From Clostridia bacterium (GTDB lineage Bacteria; Bacillota; Clostridia; Christensenellales; RUG350), in NCBI GenBank assembly GCA_017631635.1, contig JAGBSX010000038.1, positions 1-60,283 on the forward strand: DNA of 60,283 nt, written 5' to 3'. Positions 59,006-60,283 of the stretch are shown here, piece after piece; positions within the stretch are counted from its first letter, which is position 1; the number at the start of each line of letters is the position of its first letter. Both the position numbers and the translations under genes were made by a program. The notes under the pieces were generated by a model that was given only the letters and a program-made list of their open reading frames with translations, did no database searches and had not been told where the DNA came from.

Positions 59006-60001
59006 ATGTCTTTTTATAAGAGAAATTTTCTAAAATTGTTAGATTATACTCCTAGTGAGATACAACAGCTAATTGACCTAGCCATTACACTAAAGGAGCA
59101 AAAGAAAAAAGGTGTCAGCCATAGATTGCTAGAAGGCAAAAATATTGCCTTAGTTTTTGAAAAAACTAGCACTCGTACTCGTTGCGCCTTTGAAGTAGCC
59201 GGTGCAGACCTAGGTATGCACCCTGTATATCTAGACCCAAAGAGTTCTCAAATGGGTAAGAAGGAGAGCATAGCAGACACAGCCAGAGTACTAGGGCGTA
59301 TGTTTGACGGTATCGAATACCGTGGATATGGTCAAGAAATAGTCGAAGAACTAGCCCGTTATGCAGGAGTACCTGTGTGGAATGGTCTAACCAACGAATT
59401 TCATCCTACGCAAATACTTGCAGACTTCATGACTATCCAAGAGCATTTTGGTTCTCTAAAAGGCAAAAAATTGGTGTATATGGGAGATGCTCGCTACAAT
59501 ATGGGCAATTCTCTAATGGTAGGTTGTGCCAAGATGGGGATGCACTTCGTAGCTTGTGCTCCAGCCAAGTATTTTCCATCACAAGATTTGATAAATGCTT
59601 GCCAAGTTGTAGCCAAGGAGACCGGAGCAACGCTAGAGTTTATCACAGACCCTATGATGGCTACAAAAGGAGCAGACGTCATATATACCGACGTATGGGT
59701 ATCAATGGGTGAGCCTGATAGTGTGTGGGCTGAGAGAATAGCCGACCTTACACCATATAGAGTCACCAAATGTTTGATGGATAATGCTGGACATAAATGT
59801 AGATTTATGCATTGTTTACCTGCTTTTCATGATTTGAAGACGGATATAGGCAAAGATGTCTACGACAAGTTTGGTATCGACTGTATGGAAGTGACTGACG
59901 AGGTGTTCGAAGGACCTCAATCTATCGTATTTGATGAGGCTGAGAATCGTATGCACACTATAAAAGCAGTAATGCTAGCCACACTACACCAAGATTATTG
60001 A
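59006..60001 (+). CDS. argF: Ornithine carbamoyltransferase
   Basis: [17 protein letters not shown] and HCLPA motifs. 331 aa. Confidence 0.95.
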   Translation: MSFYKRNFLKLLDYTPSEIQQLIDLAITLKEQKKKGVSHRLLEGKNIALVFEKTSTRTRCAFEVAGADLGMHPVYLDPKSSQMGKKESIADTARVLGRMFDGIEYRGYGQEIVEELARYAGVPVWNGLTNEFHPTQILADFMTIQEHFGSLKGKKLVYMGDARYNMGNSLMVGCAKMGMHFVACAPAKYFPSQDLINACQVVAKETGATLEFITDPMMATKGADVIYTDVWVSMGEPDSVWAERIADLTPYRVTKCLMDNAGHKCRFMHCLPAFHDLKTDIGKDVYDKFGIDCMEVTDEVFEGPQSIVFDEAENRMHTIKAVMLATLHQDY

Positions 60002-60009
60002 TAAATTAA

Positions 60010-60038
60010 AAGAACTTTGAAAGCAAAGTTCTTTTTTT
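60010..60038 (+). terminator. Intrinsic terminator of the arg operon
   Basis: AGAACTTT / AAAGTTCT stem followed by T7. Confidence 0.85.
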
Positions 60039-60118
60039 GTGTTGTTAAACAAAAAATCATAGTAAAAAACACAGTTAAACTTATGATGTGAACCCAAAAG
60101 TTTAGACAAAAAATTAAA

Positions 60119-60283
60119 TTAAATATATTGGAATTGAGTTCGGTATTTTACTGGACTCATTTTCAATTTTAAAGATATTCTTTCATTGTTGTAGTAATAA
60201 ATATATTCGTGTAACTTTTCTATGAAAGCGTTAACGCTTTCAAATTTTTCGCCGTAGTACATTTCTACTTTAAGTCTACCAAA
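60119..60283 (-). mobile_element. IS3-family transposase (OrfB, integrase-core C-terminus), 5' part beyond the window end
   Basis: Reverse-strand translation FGRLKVEMYYGEKFESVNAFIEKLHEYIYYYNNERISLKLKMSPVKYRTQFQYI* matches the conserved IS3/IS150 OrfB tail (YYNNERIxxKLxxxSPxxYR). Stop at 60119-60121. Confidence 0.8.

Noticed and set aside
1544-59769. Numerous 60-220-aa antisense or alternate-frame ORFs nested inside the large genes (e.g. 1544-1801, 11534-12190, 14743-15078, 15145-15519, 33281-33682, 56286-56687)
   Set aside because: They lie entirely within well-supported conserved genes on the opposite strand or in another frame. They lack RBSs and have low-complexity S/I/L/P-rich translations typical of shadow ORFs.
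1-60283. CRISPR arrays, prophage, defence islands, toxin-antitoxin pairs, rRNA genes
   Set aside because: No spaced direct-repeat arrays were found. No integrase, terminase or capsid genes were found. No nuclease/ATPase defence signatures were seen in the translations. The only mobile DNA is the IS3 fragment at the 3' edge.
1-60283. Apparent abundance of ACGT / GACGT tetramers
   Set aside because: A hand count over the first ~3.6 kb gave about 16 ACGT, against about 12 expected from base composition. That is not convincing without a proper k-mer computation, and it may simply reflect codon-pair usage (GAC/AAC/TAC followed by GTN).

Overview
This window looks like a low-GC, Firmicutes-type (Clostridia-like) chromosomal segment. 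It is densely coding and mostly co-directional on the + strand. No homology search or RNA-family scan was run, so all calls rest on reading the translations for family signature motifs, RBS/start context, synteny and hand-folded hairpins.

Gene content, in order:
- 1-35 kb is housekeeping: a PfkB-type kinase and an LMW-PTP on the - strand, then polA, coaE, an SLT lytic transglycosylase, an ECF-S-like gene with coaX, hom, uvrB, uvrA, hup, ung, DUF1846, a PucR-type regulator, an S41 protease, eda-kdgK, tRNA-Leu(CAA), comEC-holA, cdaA, DUF1015, lysC, yggS, sepF, lspA, rluD, pyrR and a dGTPase-like gene.
- About 35-52 kb is an accessory Gram-positive polysaccharide-utilisation locus. It holds a GH94-like phosphorylase pseudogene, a YesN/YesM-type two-component system, LplB/LplC-type ABC permeases, two very large paralogous lipoprotein binding proteins, a TIM-barrel isomerase/epimerase, a GH105/GH88 hydrolase, an esterase and a repeat-containing lipoprotein.
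- 52-60 kb is a complete arginine biosynthesis operon (argG-H-C-J-B-D-F), followed by the 3' end of an IS3-family transposase at the window edge.

I see no CRISPR array, no recognisable defence or toxin system and no prophage.

Observations most worth a second look:
1. A tandem ~149-bp unit at the tRNA-Leu locus, whose second copy is a decayed, tRNA-3'-end-like structured RNA lying in the leader of an orphan EncFtn-like ferritin gene.
2. A Cys/His/Asp-rich module (PAPHxHTDADxxSVCDTCGETLxGGG) directly after the lipobox of both giant binding proteins. It is conserved at the nucleotide level far beyond the rest of the paralogs.
3. A 722-codon phosphorylase reading frame broken only by two in-frame TAA codons.
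4. Two convergent 57-aa Cys-rich micro-ORFs that the >=60-aa ORF track misses.
5. An SLT gene whose signal-anchor helix lies upstream of the first canonical start codon, suggesting an ATT start.
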